Shown: one piece after another, positions 1-9,169 of the stretch
Layout: the number at the start of each line of letters is the position of its first letter
How positions within the stretch are numbered: position 1 is the first letter of the stretch
Origin: Nitrospinales bacterium
GTDB lineage: Bacteria > Nitrospinota > Nitrospinia > Nitrospinales > VA-1
Direction: 5' to 3'
DNA length: 64,000 nucleotides
Assembly: GCA_965223345.1 (NCBI GenBank)
Contig: CBDCWG010000012.1
Span: 1,664,001 to 1,728,000, forward strand
The notes under the pieces: model-generated
Databases searched by the model: none
The model's input: the letters and a program-made list of their open reading frames with translations, nothing else
What the model was told of the DNA's origin: nothing
Made by a program: the position numbers and the translations under genes

Positions 1-28
1 CGAAAAAGGGATCGGGACGGGGAGGGGG

Positions 29-397
29 TCAGCGCATGGCTTCGCCGATGCGTGCCAGCAAATCCTGGAAATTCGGGGGTTTGCGGAAGTAATCGAACAC
101 GCCCATGTCCCGCGCTTCCTGCGCCACCGGCGAATTGGTCTCCAGGACCGAAAGGATGATCACTTTTGTTTTCGGGTGGTTGATGCGGATCCAGCGGAGA
201 AAATCCATGCCGCTGACTTCAGGAAGCACCACGTCCACCAGCGCCAGTTTGGGCCGGGATTTGGACGCGGCCGCCATCGCCTCGTGCCCGGTGCTGGCGG
301 TGACGACAGAGTATCCCTGGGTTTCGAGCAGACGCAGCAGGATGTTCTGGGACGCGGGGTCGTCCTCGACGATCAGAATGCTTGCGTCCTCCTCCAT
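29..397 (-). CDS. Single-domain response regulator (CheY-like receiver)
   Basis: ILIVEDD, LVDVVLPEVSG (phospho-acceptor Asp), IILS, KP; GGAG RBS upstream. Confidence 0.9.
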   Translation of the reverse strand: MEEDASILIVEDDPASQNILLRLLETQGYSVVTASTGHEAMAAASKSRPKLALVDVVLPEVSGMDFLRWIRINHPKTKVIILSVLETNSPVAQEARDMGVFDYFRKPPNFQDLLARIGEAMR

Positions 398-568
398 CGT
401 TCACTCCTTGCTGGATTCACCGGATCCGGTGAGGTGTACGGAATCGCCCGTGTGCTTATCGGAAACCGGGGAAAGTCGATCTGGAAATCACGGACGGAAG
501 GGTCGGTCGTGATCGTAAAAGGATACCGGCCGGCAGGAGGCGATCTGAGGAATGCCCCTTGAAAGAAC

Positions 569-642
<74 letters not shown>

Positions 643-674
643 CCGCAAACTGATTGAATACTCAAAGAGAAAAA

Positions 675-749
<75 letters not shown>

Positions 750-814
750 CTGATGTCTTTTCGGACCAGTCTTTCGTGAAATCATTATATTTCCTGAACC
801 GGTTTTGTCAAATT

Positions 815-1399
815 CTATTTTTTCAGAAACCGGGCCTCGGTTCCCTGCAGGATTCTCTGGATATTTTCGTGGTGTTTGCCCAGAACGATGAGGGCGACGA
901 GCACGGAAACGCTGATGGTGTCCGCCGGGGCGTTGAAAAAAATCCCGAACAGCGGCAAAAACAGCGAGGCGACGATGGAACTGGCGGAAACGTAGCCGGT
1001 GAGCCACAGGGTGACGGCGAAGACCCCCATGCAGGACAGGGTGGGCACGGGCATCAGGTAGAGAAACACGCCCAGGCCGGTGGCGACGCCTTTGCCGCCC
1101 TTGAATTTGAGGAATACGGAAAAAACGTGCCCGAGAAAGGCCAGCAGGCCGGAAACGGCGGTCTTCATCGGGGTCTCAAGCAGCTGGTCCGCGATGAACA
1201 CGGCCAGAACCCCTTTGACCAGATCGCCGAGCAGGGTGAGCAGGCCGAGTTTCTTCCCCAGCACCCGGGCGGCGTTGGTGGCGCCGATGTTGCCGCTGCC
1301 GTGGTCGCGCAGATCGATCTTCCGGGTGCGGGCCAGAAGCATGCCGAAGGGGATGGAGCCGAGAAAATAGGCGACGGCCCAGACGAGTGCGGTTTCCAT
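815..1399 (-). CDS. plsY: Glycerol-3-phosphate acyltransferase PlsY
   Basis: YFLGSIPFG, GSGNIGATN, GHVFS, FKGGKGVAT, HHENIQRI signature motifs. Confidence 0.96.
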   Translation of the reverse strand: METALVWAVAYFLGSIPFGMLLARTRKIDLRDHGSGNIGATNAARVLGKKLGLLTLLGDLVKGVLAVFIADQLLETPMKTAVSGLLAFLGHVFSVFLKFKGGKGVATGLGVFLYLMPVPTLSCMGVFAVTLWLTGYVSASSIVASLFLPLFGIFFNAPADTISVSVLVALIVLGKHHENIQRILQGTEARFLKK

Positions 1400-1429
1400 T
1401 TCAGATACCGGTGCGGGGGGTGATGAGGA

Positions 1430-2323
1430 TCAACTCAGGTGGTCTCCCAGTGCGACGCTTGCGGATTTGATCTTCAGTTTCGCTTTGGCCCGTTTTTCGA
1501 TCTGGCGCACCCGCTCGCGGGAAAGGCCGATCTCCTTGCCGATTTCTTCCAGTGTCTGCGCCGGGCCGCCGAACCCGAAGCGCTTTCGCAGGATCATCTC
1601 TTCTCTGTGACTCAGCCCCTTGAGCAGGGTTTCCACTTTGGAGCGCAGCCCCTCCTTCATGATCTGATCGTCGTAGGGGATGGTGTCCGGGTTTTCCAGA
1701 AGCTCGATGTAGGGCGTGGTCTCGTCGTTGCGCAGCGGGGCGTCCAGGGACACGTGGGTGCGGTAGGCCTGCATGATCTGGTTGATCTCGGTTTCCTTGA
1801 ACCCCATTCCGGCGGCCAGCTCGTTTTGCGTGGGTTCCCGTTCCAGGGTCTGGATGAGGTCCTGCCGCTTTTTGCCGATCTGATAGACCTTGCCGACCTG
1901 CTTGACCGGCAGTTTCACGGTGCCCGACTGCTCCGCCAGCGAGTGCAGGATCGCCTGGCGGATCCACCAGACCGCGTAGGTGATGAACTTGACGTGCCGG
2001 GAGGCGTCGAAACGCTTGGCGGCCTGGATCAGGCCGATGTTGCCTTCCTCGATGAGATCCTGCAGGGACAGGCCGCAGCCTTTGTATTTGTTGGCGACGG
2101 AAACGACGAATTTCAGGTTGCGGCGCACCAGCTCCTGCAGGGCCAGGGTGTCGCCCTGTTCGATGCGGTGGGCGAGCGCTTCTTCCTCTTCCCGCTGCAG
2201 CGGCTGGATTTTGCTGATTTCCTGGAGATACCGGGTCAACGGTTCCGCGTGTTCGCGGTGGCGCTCCGCAGAACGCGGGGGGGATGCGGGCCGGGATTTT
2301 TCAGAATTGCGTTTGCTGGCCAT
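1430..2323 (-). CDS. RNA polymerase sigma-70 family factor (RpoD/RpoS-like, no region 1.1)
   Basis: YLQEI (region 1.2), NLKFVVSVA, DLIEEGNIGLIQAAKRFD, FITYAVWWIRQAI, TLEEIG..LSRERVRQIE; start moved to ATG 2323 to avoid overlap with bamD. Confidence 0.93.
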   Translation of the reverse strand: MASKRNSEKSRPASPPRSAERHREHAEPLTRYLQEISKIQPLQREEEEALAHRIEQGDTLALQELVRRNLKFVVSVANKYKGCGLSLQDLIEEGNIGLIQAAKRFDASRHVKFITYAVWWIRQAILHSLAEQSGTVKLPVKQVGKVYQIGKKRQDLIQTLEREPTQNELAAGMGFKETEINQIMQAYRTHVSLDAPLRNDETTPYIELLENPDTIPYDDQIMKEGLRSKVETLLKGLSHREEMILRKRFGFGGPAQTLEEIGKEIGLSRERVRQIEKRAKAKLKIKSASVALGDHLS

Positions 2324-2342
2324 AGTCTCACTCGGCGCGTTT

Positions 2343-3107
2343 TCAACGCAGATGGCGTAAGCGGTCGCGCGCTTCCTTTGCAAAAAGGCTTCGGGGGTAC
2401 TTGTCCAGCAGTTCCATGTAGGTGTCCTTGGCCTTTTTGAAGTTTTCCTCATTGTAATAGGATTCGGCAATCAGGAAAATGGCTTCGTCGATGAACTGCT
2501 GGTCGGGATACGTTTCCATGGCGCGGCGCAGCCTCAGGATGGCGGACTGGTAGGCGCCGGTGCGGTAATAAAATTTGCCGATTTCGAACACGTTTTCCGC
2601 CAGAATCCGCAGGCATTCCTTTTTCTTCTCCACGCCTTTCTGGTAATACTGGCTGTCGGGGAAATTCTGAATGAAGTATTCGAACCCTTCCAGGGCCGCC
2701 TTGGTGTGCGTCTGGTCGCGGGTGGAGATCTCCATCATCTTGAAGTCGGACATGGCCTTGAAATAGTGCGCCCGGTCCACCCGCTTGTTGGCGGGGTACA
2801 GTTCGATGAAGCGCTTGTAGTGAAACTTGGACTCTTCGAATTCCTCGTCCCGGTAATGGGTGTCGGCAAGAAAAATCAAGGCGGCGACGCGCTCCTTGCT
2901 GTCCGGATAATCCTCCAGGATCTGCTGAAACAGCTGTTTCGCCTCGAGATAATCGTTGAGCTTGACCTCCTCTTTGCCGCGTTTCAGCAATTCGTCCGGC
3001 GGCAGGACGACTTTTTCTTTCTGAGAAGCGCAGCCTGTGAAGAGAAATAGGATTCCAAAGAACGGGAGGAGCCAGGCGCGAAACTCGGGAAAACAAGGTC
3101 TATGCAT
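2343..3107 (-). CDS. bamD: Outer membrane protein assembly factor BamD (TPR lipoprotein)
   Basis: Lipobox FTGC; YPDS, FIELYP, RDQT.T..A, FPDSQY, LAENVFEIGKFYY match BamD/ComL. Confidence 0.9.
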   Translation of the reverse strand: MHRPCFPEFRAWLLPFFGILFLFTGCASQKEKVVLPPDELLKRGKEEVKLNDYLEAKQLFQQILEDYPDSKERVAALIFLADTHYRDEEFEESKFHYKRFIELYPANKRVDRAHYFKAMSDFKMMEISTRDQTHTKAALEGFEYFIQNFPDSQYYQKGVEKKKECLRILAENVFEIGKFYYRTGAYQSAILRLRRAMETYPDQQFIDEAIFLIAESYYNEENFKKAKDTYMELLDKYPRSLFAKEARDRLRHLR

Positions 3108-3315
3108 GGTTCGGTCTGAAGGGTGAATCGATTTTTAATCAATATATAATATTGCGGCTTATTTTTAAAGGGTTTAAAAGCGGGGCGGTTTTCAATGCCG
3201 CTTGCGGAGAGCGAATTTTTCGTGATATAACTGCTAAAGTGCCTTTCTATTTGACCTCGCAATCTTGAAAATTTGTGCTGGCCCCCATAATTCTTAACTT
3301 TCTCCAATACAAAAA

Positions 3316-4113
3316 ATGAGAGCTGCCAAGAAAATTCTTGCCCTGTTCCCGGGATGTCTGCTGTTTGCGATGACGGCTCCCGCGTTCGCGGCGACGCCGC
3401 CTCCGCCCGTGGACACCGGCTGGAAACTGCTGGCCATCATCGAAAAGGGCGGGATCATGATGTACCCGATCCTTTTCTGCTCCATCCTGATCGTCGGGAT
3501 CGGCATCGAGAGGGCCTACAATCTTCGCAGAAAGAACATCATCAACACGGAATTTTTGAAGAACGTCCGCAACCACTGGAACTGGAAGGACGTGCAACTC
3601 GGCCTGCAGATGTGCAGCGCCTACGACAACGCCCTGGCGCGTATCCTCAAGACCGGGCTGCTCCGGGTCGGCGGCAAGCTCGATGAGATCGAGCGCGCCA
3701 TCGAAGGGGCGGGGCAGCACGAAGCGTCGCTGATGAACTCCAATCTTCGGGTGCTCGGGGCGGTCGCCAACATCACGCCCATGATGGGGCTTCTGGGAAC
3801 GGTGTTCGGCATGATCAAGGCGTTCAACGTCATCTCGCAGAGCGGCACCGGCAACCCCGGGCTGGTCGCCAGCGGCATCTCCGAGGCGCTGATCACCACC
3901 GCGGCGGGCATGGTGGTGGGCATTCCCGCTCTGGCGCTGTACCATTATTTCCGCGGCAAGATCGACCGCTACGTGTTCGAGATGGAGGAGATTTCGTTTC
4001 AGCTGGTGGAAGAACTCTCCTACGAAGCGGTGCGCGAGAAAAAAGGCCAGGAGCCTCCGACGACGGAACCCCCGCCGAAAAAATCCCGCAAGGGCATTCG
4101 CGCGGCGCTTTAA
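3316..4113 (+). CDS. MotA/TolQ/ExbB proton channel protein
   Basis: GGIMMYPI, PMMGLLGTVFGMIKAF, GISEALITTAAG..V.IPA. Confidence 0.95.
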   Translation: MRAAKKILALFPGCLLFAMTAPAFAATPPPPVDTGWKLLAIIEKGGIMMYPILFCSILIVGIGIERAYNLRRKNIINTEFLKNVRNHWNWKDVQLGLQMCSAYDNALARILKTGLLRVGGKLDEIERAIEGAGQHEASLMNSNLRVLGAVANITPMMGLLGTVFGMIKAFNVISQSGTGNPGLVASGISEALITTAAGMVVGIPALALYHYFRGKIDRYVFEMEEISFQLVEELSYEAVREKKGQEPPTTEPPPKKSRKGIRAAL

Positions 4114-4158
4114 CCGCGGGCGTTCACGCAACGCCCCCGGTCATCGGGACCCCAAACC

Positions 4159-4554
4159 ATGCGATTCAGAAAAGAAGAAGAGGAAAATTTCGGTCTGGAC
4201 ATGACGCCCATGATCGATGTGGTGTTTCTGCTGTTGATCTTCTTCATGGTGTCCACGGTGTTCGTGGACTTTAACCGGCGCATGGACCTCACGCTGCCTT
4301 CCTCCAAGTCCTCCATTCAGGACGAGACGCCGAAGAATCTCGAAATCGAGATGACCACCGACAAGCAGATTTTTTTCAACGGCAAGAAAACCACGCTGCA
4401 GGAGTTGGAAGCGTCCCTGCCGACCGAAGCGGGGGTGGAAACGCGCACGGCGATCATCCGCGCGGACAAGAGCCTGCCCTACGGTGACGTCATCCGTGTG
4501 ATGGGGGTGATTCAGGGCGCCGGCATCACCGACATCAGTGTGGCTGTGAAGTGA
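4159..4554 (+). CDS. ExbD/TolR biopolymer transport protein
   Basis: MTPMIDVVFLLLIFFMV, IRADK.LPYG.V..VM. Confidence 0.95.
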   Translation: MRFRKEEEENFGLDMTPMIDVVFLLLIFFMVSTVFVDFNRRMDLTLPSSKSSIQDETPKNLEIEMTTDKQIFFNGKKTTLQELEASLPTEAGVETRTAIIRADKSLPYGDVIRVMGVIQGAGITDISVAVK

Positions 4555-4573
4555 TTCGGGACCGCAGAAGCGG

Positions 4574-4867
4574 TCACTTGACGATGGAAGGCTTGTTGTG
4601 GCGTTTCAGGATCCACTCGTTGAGCGTGCGGATTTCCTCCGGCTTGAGAAAGTCCATCACCGCGCGGGCGTCGGGATGGTCCTCATCGTTCACCACGACG
4701 CAGTAATTCCTTTCGACATACGCCGCCACGTGGGCTTTGAACTGGGGGAAGTCAAACAGTTCCGCAAACACCGATGCGTGGTATTCGGGGTCGCGTTTTT
4801 TCGGGTCGAACTTGGCCAGCCTGGAATTGAGCTTCGTTTTGAAATCCGCCTTCAGCAACACACCCAT
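4574..4867 (-). CDS. Hypothetical protein
   Basis: Coding-like composition; GGAGAG RBS before ATG 4867; converges on exbD. Confidence 0.6.
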   Translation of the reverse strand: MGVLLKADFKTKLNSRLAKFDPKKRDPEYHASVFAELFDFPQFKAHVAAYVERNYCVVVNDEDHPDARAVMDFLKPEEIRTLNEWILKRHNKPSIVK

Positions 4868-5131
4868 CGTCGGTCTCTCCGCGAATGAAATCCATCTGCC
4901 CCTCATTTTAACCTCGCTGTTTTTCCGGGAAAAACAAAAAAACAAAAACCCCTGTCATTTCCCGTCTTATGGCGCCCGGCCTTTGGTTAAAATATTGTAA
5001 AATAAGGGGATAATCTGTTTTTGCGGCGTGGGCGCAAACAAAATCTGTTAAAATAAAAGCGCACTCAAAGATGAGAGCCGCCCCGCGCCCACGCGAAAGA
5101 GGCGCCCAGGGATCACCGGAGAACGCCAGCC

Positions 5132-6445
5132 ATGAACACGAACAAGGATTCCCATCTGTCGGTCAGCCGTTCGCTGCTCGAATTCATCGACCGCGCGCCC
5201 ACGCCATTCCACGCGGTCGCCGAGACCGTGGCGCTGCTGGAAAAGGACGATTTCAGCGAACTCAACGAGCAGGACGCCTGGGATCTCACACCGGGAGGAA
5301 AGTATTACGTCACGCGCAACGGCTCGTCCATCGTGGCGTTCGTGCTCGGCATGGAAAACGCCGGCACGGCTGGCTTTAAAATCATCGGCGCGCACACGGA
5401 CAGCCCCAATCTCAGGCTCAAGCCCAACCCGGTGTACGAGAAGGGCGGCTACGTGCAGCTCGGAGTCGAGGTGTACGGCGGCGTGCTGCTCGCCACCTGG
5501 ACGGACCGGGACCTGTCGCTGGCCGGGCGGGTCATCCTGCGTGCGGGAGAGGGGACGCAAGCGAAACTGGTGAGATTCGAGGAGCCGCTTTTGCGCGTGC
5601 CGCAGCTTGCGATCCACCTGAACCGCGAGGTGAACAGCAAGGGGCTCCTCCTCAACAAGCAGACGCACCTGCCGCCGATCTTTGCGCTGTCCGAAGGACG
5701 GGACAACCCGGAAGCGGCGCTCACCGAATTGATCGCGGACAAGCTCAACTGCGACGCCAAAGACATCCTCGGTCTGGAGCTGATGCTGCACGATGTGCAG
5801 AAGAGCAGCCTCGCCGGACCGGCGGAGGAATTCGTGTTCGCGCCCCGGCTCGACAACCTGGCCTCCTGCCATGCGGCCACCTGCGCGCTGCTCGATTCGC
5901 CGGCGAAAACACCGGCGACGCGGGTGCTGGCGTTTTACGATCACGAGGAGGTCGGCAGCGAAACCGCCCAGGGCGGCGGCTCGCCGTTTCTGAAAAACAT
6001 CCTCGAGCGCTTGTCCGCCGAGGCGGAGAAACCGCGGGAAGCGTTCATGCGGGCGATGGCCCGTTCGGTCTTCATTTCGGCGGACATGGCGCACGCCGTG
6101 CATCCCAACTACCTCGATCAGCACGACGCCCAGCACATGCCGGTGATCAACAAGGGGCCGGTCATCAAGAGCAACGCCGGGCAGAAGTACGCGACGGAAG
6201 GCATGTCGAGCGCCGCGTTCGAAATCCTGTGCGAACGCGCCGGCGTGCCGGTGCAGAAATTCGTGGTGCGCTCGGATCTCGCCTGCGGCAGCACCATCGG
6301 TCCCATCACCGCGGCGAACCTCGGCATTCAGACCGTGGACGTGGGCAACCCGATGCTGTCCATGCACTCGATCCGCGAGATGGCCGGCTCCGCCGACCAC
6401 GCCCACCTCATCCGCGCCTTCATGGAATTTTTCAAGCCGGAATAG
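5132..6445 (+). CDS. M18 family (aspartyl) aminopeptidase
   Basis: PTPFHAV, GAHTDSP, RLDNL, DHEEVGS, SADMAHAVHPNY, CGSTIGP, SMHSIRE. Confidence 0.96.
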   Translation: MNTNKDSHLSVSRSLLEFIDRAPTPFHAVAETVALLEKDDFSELNEQDAWDLTPGGKYYVTRNGSSIVAFVLGMENAGTAGFKIIGAHTDSPNLRLKPNPVYEKGGYVQLGVEVYGGVLLATWTDRDLSLAGRVILRAGEGTQAKLVRFEEPLLRVPQLAIHLNREVNSKGLLLNKQTHLPPIFALSEGRDNPEAALTELIADKLNCDAKDILGLELMLHDVQKSSLAGPAEEFVFAPRLDNLASCHAATCALLDSPAKTPATRVLAFYDHEEVGSETAQGGGSPFLKNILERLSAEAEKPREAFMRAMARSVFISADMAHAVHPNYLDQHDAQHMPVINKGPVIKSNAGQKYATEGMSSAAFEILCERAGVPVQKFVVRSDLACGSTIGPITAANLGIQTVDVGNPMLSMHSIREMAGSADHAHLIRAFMEFFKPE

Positions 6446-6481
6446 TTTTTTGCTGCCAATGTGTGGATGGCGTCTTCGTCA

Positions 6482-6597
6482 CCCTTCGACAAGCTCAGGA
6501 TGACAATCGACTGTCATGCTGAGCCTGTCGAAGCATGAGCCAAAAAAAGCGAGCCTCGCGCAACACCCACAGGGTTCCGCCGCGAAGGCGCAAAGAA
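6482..6597. repeat. REP-like palindromic repeat A, copy 1
   Basis: CTTCGACAAGCTCAGGATGACA-n6-TGTCATGCTGAGCCTGTCGAAG hairpin, then GAGCCTCGCGCAA and CGCGAAGGCGCAAAGAA; second copy at 62311-62390. Confidence 0.85.
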
Positions 6598-6671
6598 AAG
6601 ACGGGACAGGATCACAGGATTGCAGATAAGGGGAAGGACTTGATCCCTCCCATACTTTATTTTCTTATTCC

Positions 6672-7460
6672 ATGAAACTCACACGCAGCGTTTCTGCAAA
6701 TCAAAGATCATCTCAAAGCAAATGGAAGTTTGCAGATGTTTTGTTCCGTCTGGTTTTGTACGCCGCGTGGGGGTGCGCGCTGTGGCTGACGGCGCGGTTT
6801 GCGTATGCAGCGGTTGCCCTCACTTGGAAAGCAGGAACGCCGATGCTGGGGATGGCGTTTGACAGCCCGCTCGATCAGGCGATGCTGCTAGGCGTTGTCC
6901 TGCTGCACGTTCTGCTGTGGATACCGGCTGTGGTGCTGCTGTTTTTTTTCCTGCGCAAAAAGAAAACCCGCACGCTCGACTGGACGCACGTTGCGGTTTC
7001 GCTTTTGCTGCTGGCGCTGTTTTATGTTCCGGAGGGGTACTGGCAGCGTCCTTTCATTCATCTCAACGGTTTGCCGAAAGATCCTGAGCGTTTTTTCATC
7101 CATGCGGCGGCGACGGGGGATGCGGGCCTGCTCGAACTTTTGCTGGACAAGGGCGTGGAGCCGAAGCCGGCTCTGTTGAACGAGGCGTTTTTCAATGCGG
7201 GTATGGAAGGCCAGCTTGCGGCCATGCAGTTTCTTCTGCAACGCAAGGCGGATATCGACTATCAACAGGGGGGAGCGGGGAGCACCGCGTTGATGTCGGC
7301 CGCCGCGCTGGGGCACACCGAGGCGGTGCGTTTTCTGCTGGCCAACCGCGCCGACGCCACGCTCAAGGACAGGCAGGGCAAAACCGCCCTGGACAAGGCG
7401 AGGCGGTTTGACCGGCAGGAGGTGGCGACGATTTTGGAGGGGCACGCCCGGGCGCATTAA
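6672..7460 (+). CDS. Membrane protein with C-terminal ankyrin repeats
   Basis: Three hydrophobic segments, then AAATGD..LLELLL.KG, GSTALMSAAALGHTEAVRFLLANRAD, GKTALD. Confidence 0.85.
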   Translation: MKLTRSVSANQRSSQSKWKFADVLFRLVLYAAWGCALWLTARFAYAAVALTWKAGTPMLGMAFDSPLDQAMLLGVVLLHVLLWIPAVVLLFFFLRKKKTRTLDWTHVAVSLLLLALFYVPEGYWQRPFIHLNGLPKDPERFFIHAAATGDAGLLELLLDKGVEPKPALLNEAFFNAGMEGQLAAMQFLLQRKADIDYQQGGAGSTALMSAAALGHTEAVRFLLANRADATLKDRQGKTALDKARRFDRQEVATILEGHARAH

Positions 7461-7591
7461 CCTGCGGTTTTTCAATCGTGACTGCCGGATACCGCTTTCG
7501 GGTGCGGGTTTGCCGCCCGACGGGCCTTTACCGCCGCCGCATTTCATGGTTAGATGGGAGAAACTCAAACTCCATTCATTCGGGAAATACC

Positions 7592-7975
7592 ATGAAACTC
7601 TCTCTCCGTTCTTTCATCAGCCTGTTTGTCATCACCGCCGTGCTCGCACTTTCGGTTCCTTCCGTCTTCGCGTTCAGCTTTCAGGAATTCGGCGATAAAA
7701 TTTCCAAGGAGACGCAGAAACTGCGCCGCGGGGTGGGGCTGGCGGATGAAGACGAGGAAAAGACGGTCTGCGAGGCGGGGAGTTATAAAAAAACCGAAGA
7801 CTCGATGGCCTGCCTTCTCTGTCCGATCGGCACCTACAACGACGCCAAGGGCGCGACCCAGTGCACCGCCTGTCCGGACGGAACCACCACCGCCAAACTC
7901 GGCGCGGATTCGGTGGATGTCTGCAAAGCCCAGCCCGCCGCCGCGGAGACCTCCAGCGAAGCGGCTGCGGAATAA
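7592..7975 (+). CDS. Secreted Cys-rich protein with ephrin-receptor-like (GCC2/GCC3) module
   Basis: Signal peptide ending VFA; CEAGSY...CLLCPIGTYNDAKGATQCTACPDGTTTAKLGADSVDVC. Confidence 0.75.
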   Translation: MKLSLRSFISLFVITAVLALSVPSVFAFSFQEFGDKISKETQKLRRGVGLADEDEEKTVCEAGSYKKTEDSMACLLCPIGTYNDAKGATQCTACPDGTTTAKLGADSVDVCKAQPAAAETSSEAAAE

Positions 7976-8117
7976 AATAGTAGACATACACTAAATATAG
8001 CCATGTCGGTTTGATGGAATCGGTAATCATCGAAACCGGGATTACGAGTAGAATCTGATGTGCTATTTCAAAACTTAATGTTTGGTTTCCCTTTTTTTAT
8101 TTAAATCCCCCTCACCC

Positions 8118-8191
8118 AACCCTCAAGTCACCTTCAGTTTTTTTGATAAGCGGGTGTCAAGCTTCGCTTGACCTCCCTCCAGGGGAGAGGG
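8118..8191. repeat. Repeat B, copy 1, with short hairpin
   Basis: AACCCTCAAGTCACCTTCAGT...ATAAGCGGGTGTCAAGCTTCGCTTGACCTCCC...GAGAGGG; matches 62420-62491. Confidence 0.85.
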
Positions 8192-8205
8192 ATAGTCTAA
8201 AGACG

Positions 8206-8799
8206 TTGGCTCCTCCTGTCATAAAACACGTTTTTCTACTTCTGCTATGTTTTCTATGTCCGTCCGTTGTCTATGCGGATTCGTTTGCCGATCGGCTGGT
8301 TCAAGCGGCGAAGGAGCGCACGCAGCATGCAGTGACCTACGACGGCTCGTACCGCGCCATCGCCTATCCCATGGGGGACGTGCCGGACAATATCGGCGTG
8401 TGCACGGATGTTGTGGTGCGTTCTTACAGGAAGGTCGGCATCGATCTGCAACAGCGGGTGCATGAGGACATGAAGGAAAACTTTTCCCTGTATCCGAAAA
8501 TCTGGGGGCTGACGCGGCCCGATGCCAACATCGATCACCGGCGCGTGCCGAACCTGCAGACATTTTTTGAGCGCAAGGGCACGTCGCTGCCGGTAAGCCG
8601 CGATGTGAAAAATTATAAAGCCGGGGATCTGGTGACCTGGATGTTGCCGGGAAACCTGCCGCACATCGGCATCGTGTCCGACCGCAAGGTGCGGGGCACG
8701 GCGCGCCCGATGATCCTGCACAACATCGGCCGCGGACCGAAAGAGGACGACATTCTTTTCCAATACCCGATCACCGGCCATTACCGCTACGGCGAATGA
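8206..8799 (+). CDS. DUF1287 (YijF-like) secreted protein; start uncertain
   Basis: YDGSY..IAYPMGDVP..GVCTDVVVR, DLQ.RVHEDM, D.NIDHRRVPNL, HIGIVS, HNIG.GP. Confidence 0.88.
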   Translation: MAPPVIKHVFLLLLCFLCPSVVYADSFADRLVQAAKERTQHAVTYDGSYRAIAYPMGDVPDNIGVCTDVVVRSYRKVGIDLQQRVHEDMKENFSLYPKIWGLTRPDANIDHRRVPNLQTFFERKGTSLPVSRDVKNYKAGDLVTWMLPGNLPHIGIVSDRKVRGTARPMILHNIGRGPKEDDILFQYPITGHYRYGE

Positions 8800-8815
8800 G
8801 CGGGGTGTTTTGAAT

Positions 8816-9130
8816 TCAGCTCGTGGAGTTGACGTTTTTGCGGATGGTCTCGATGACTTTGGACTGGATGCGCGACCAGCGCACGCTGGCTTCCTTGGTG
8901 ACCTGGATCTCGTCGCCCAGAATCCACACGCCGACGACGCCGGGGATTTCGAACAACGCGCGGGCGAGGGGATTGCCCTGGGCCAGGCCGGGGGTGGAAT
9001 AGGACAGGCCCGTGCCGGGAGGCAGCAGCGGGGTTTCCAGTTTGAAGCCGACGAGGTTTTCGTTGCGTGTGGGGACCACTTGAATTTTTACGGTCATGGG
9101 TTCGCTCGAGATTGTGTCTGTGTTTGCCAT
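8816..9130 (-). CDS. NifU/Nfu N-terminal domain protein
   Basis: PT.N.N..GF, NPLARALFEIPGVVGV....D.I.VTK....W. Confidence 0.85.
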   Translation of the reverse strand: MANTDTISSEPMTVKIQVVPTRNENLVGFKLETPLLPPGTGLSYSTPGLAQGNPLARALFEIPGVVGVWILGDEIQVTKEASVRWSRIQSKVIETIRKNVNSTS

Positions 9131-9169
9131 CTTACGGGTTGTGGTGGAACGCGCCGCGGCGTTCCGGTT

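Noticed and set aside
455..485. Possible sigma28 promoter (TCCGATAA) for the response regulator
   Set aside because: No -35 element at the proper spacing.
6446..8800. Integron cassette array or CRISPR
   Set aside because: No intI or cas genes, no regular repeat-spacer period, and no convincing attC R''/R' boxes.
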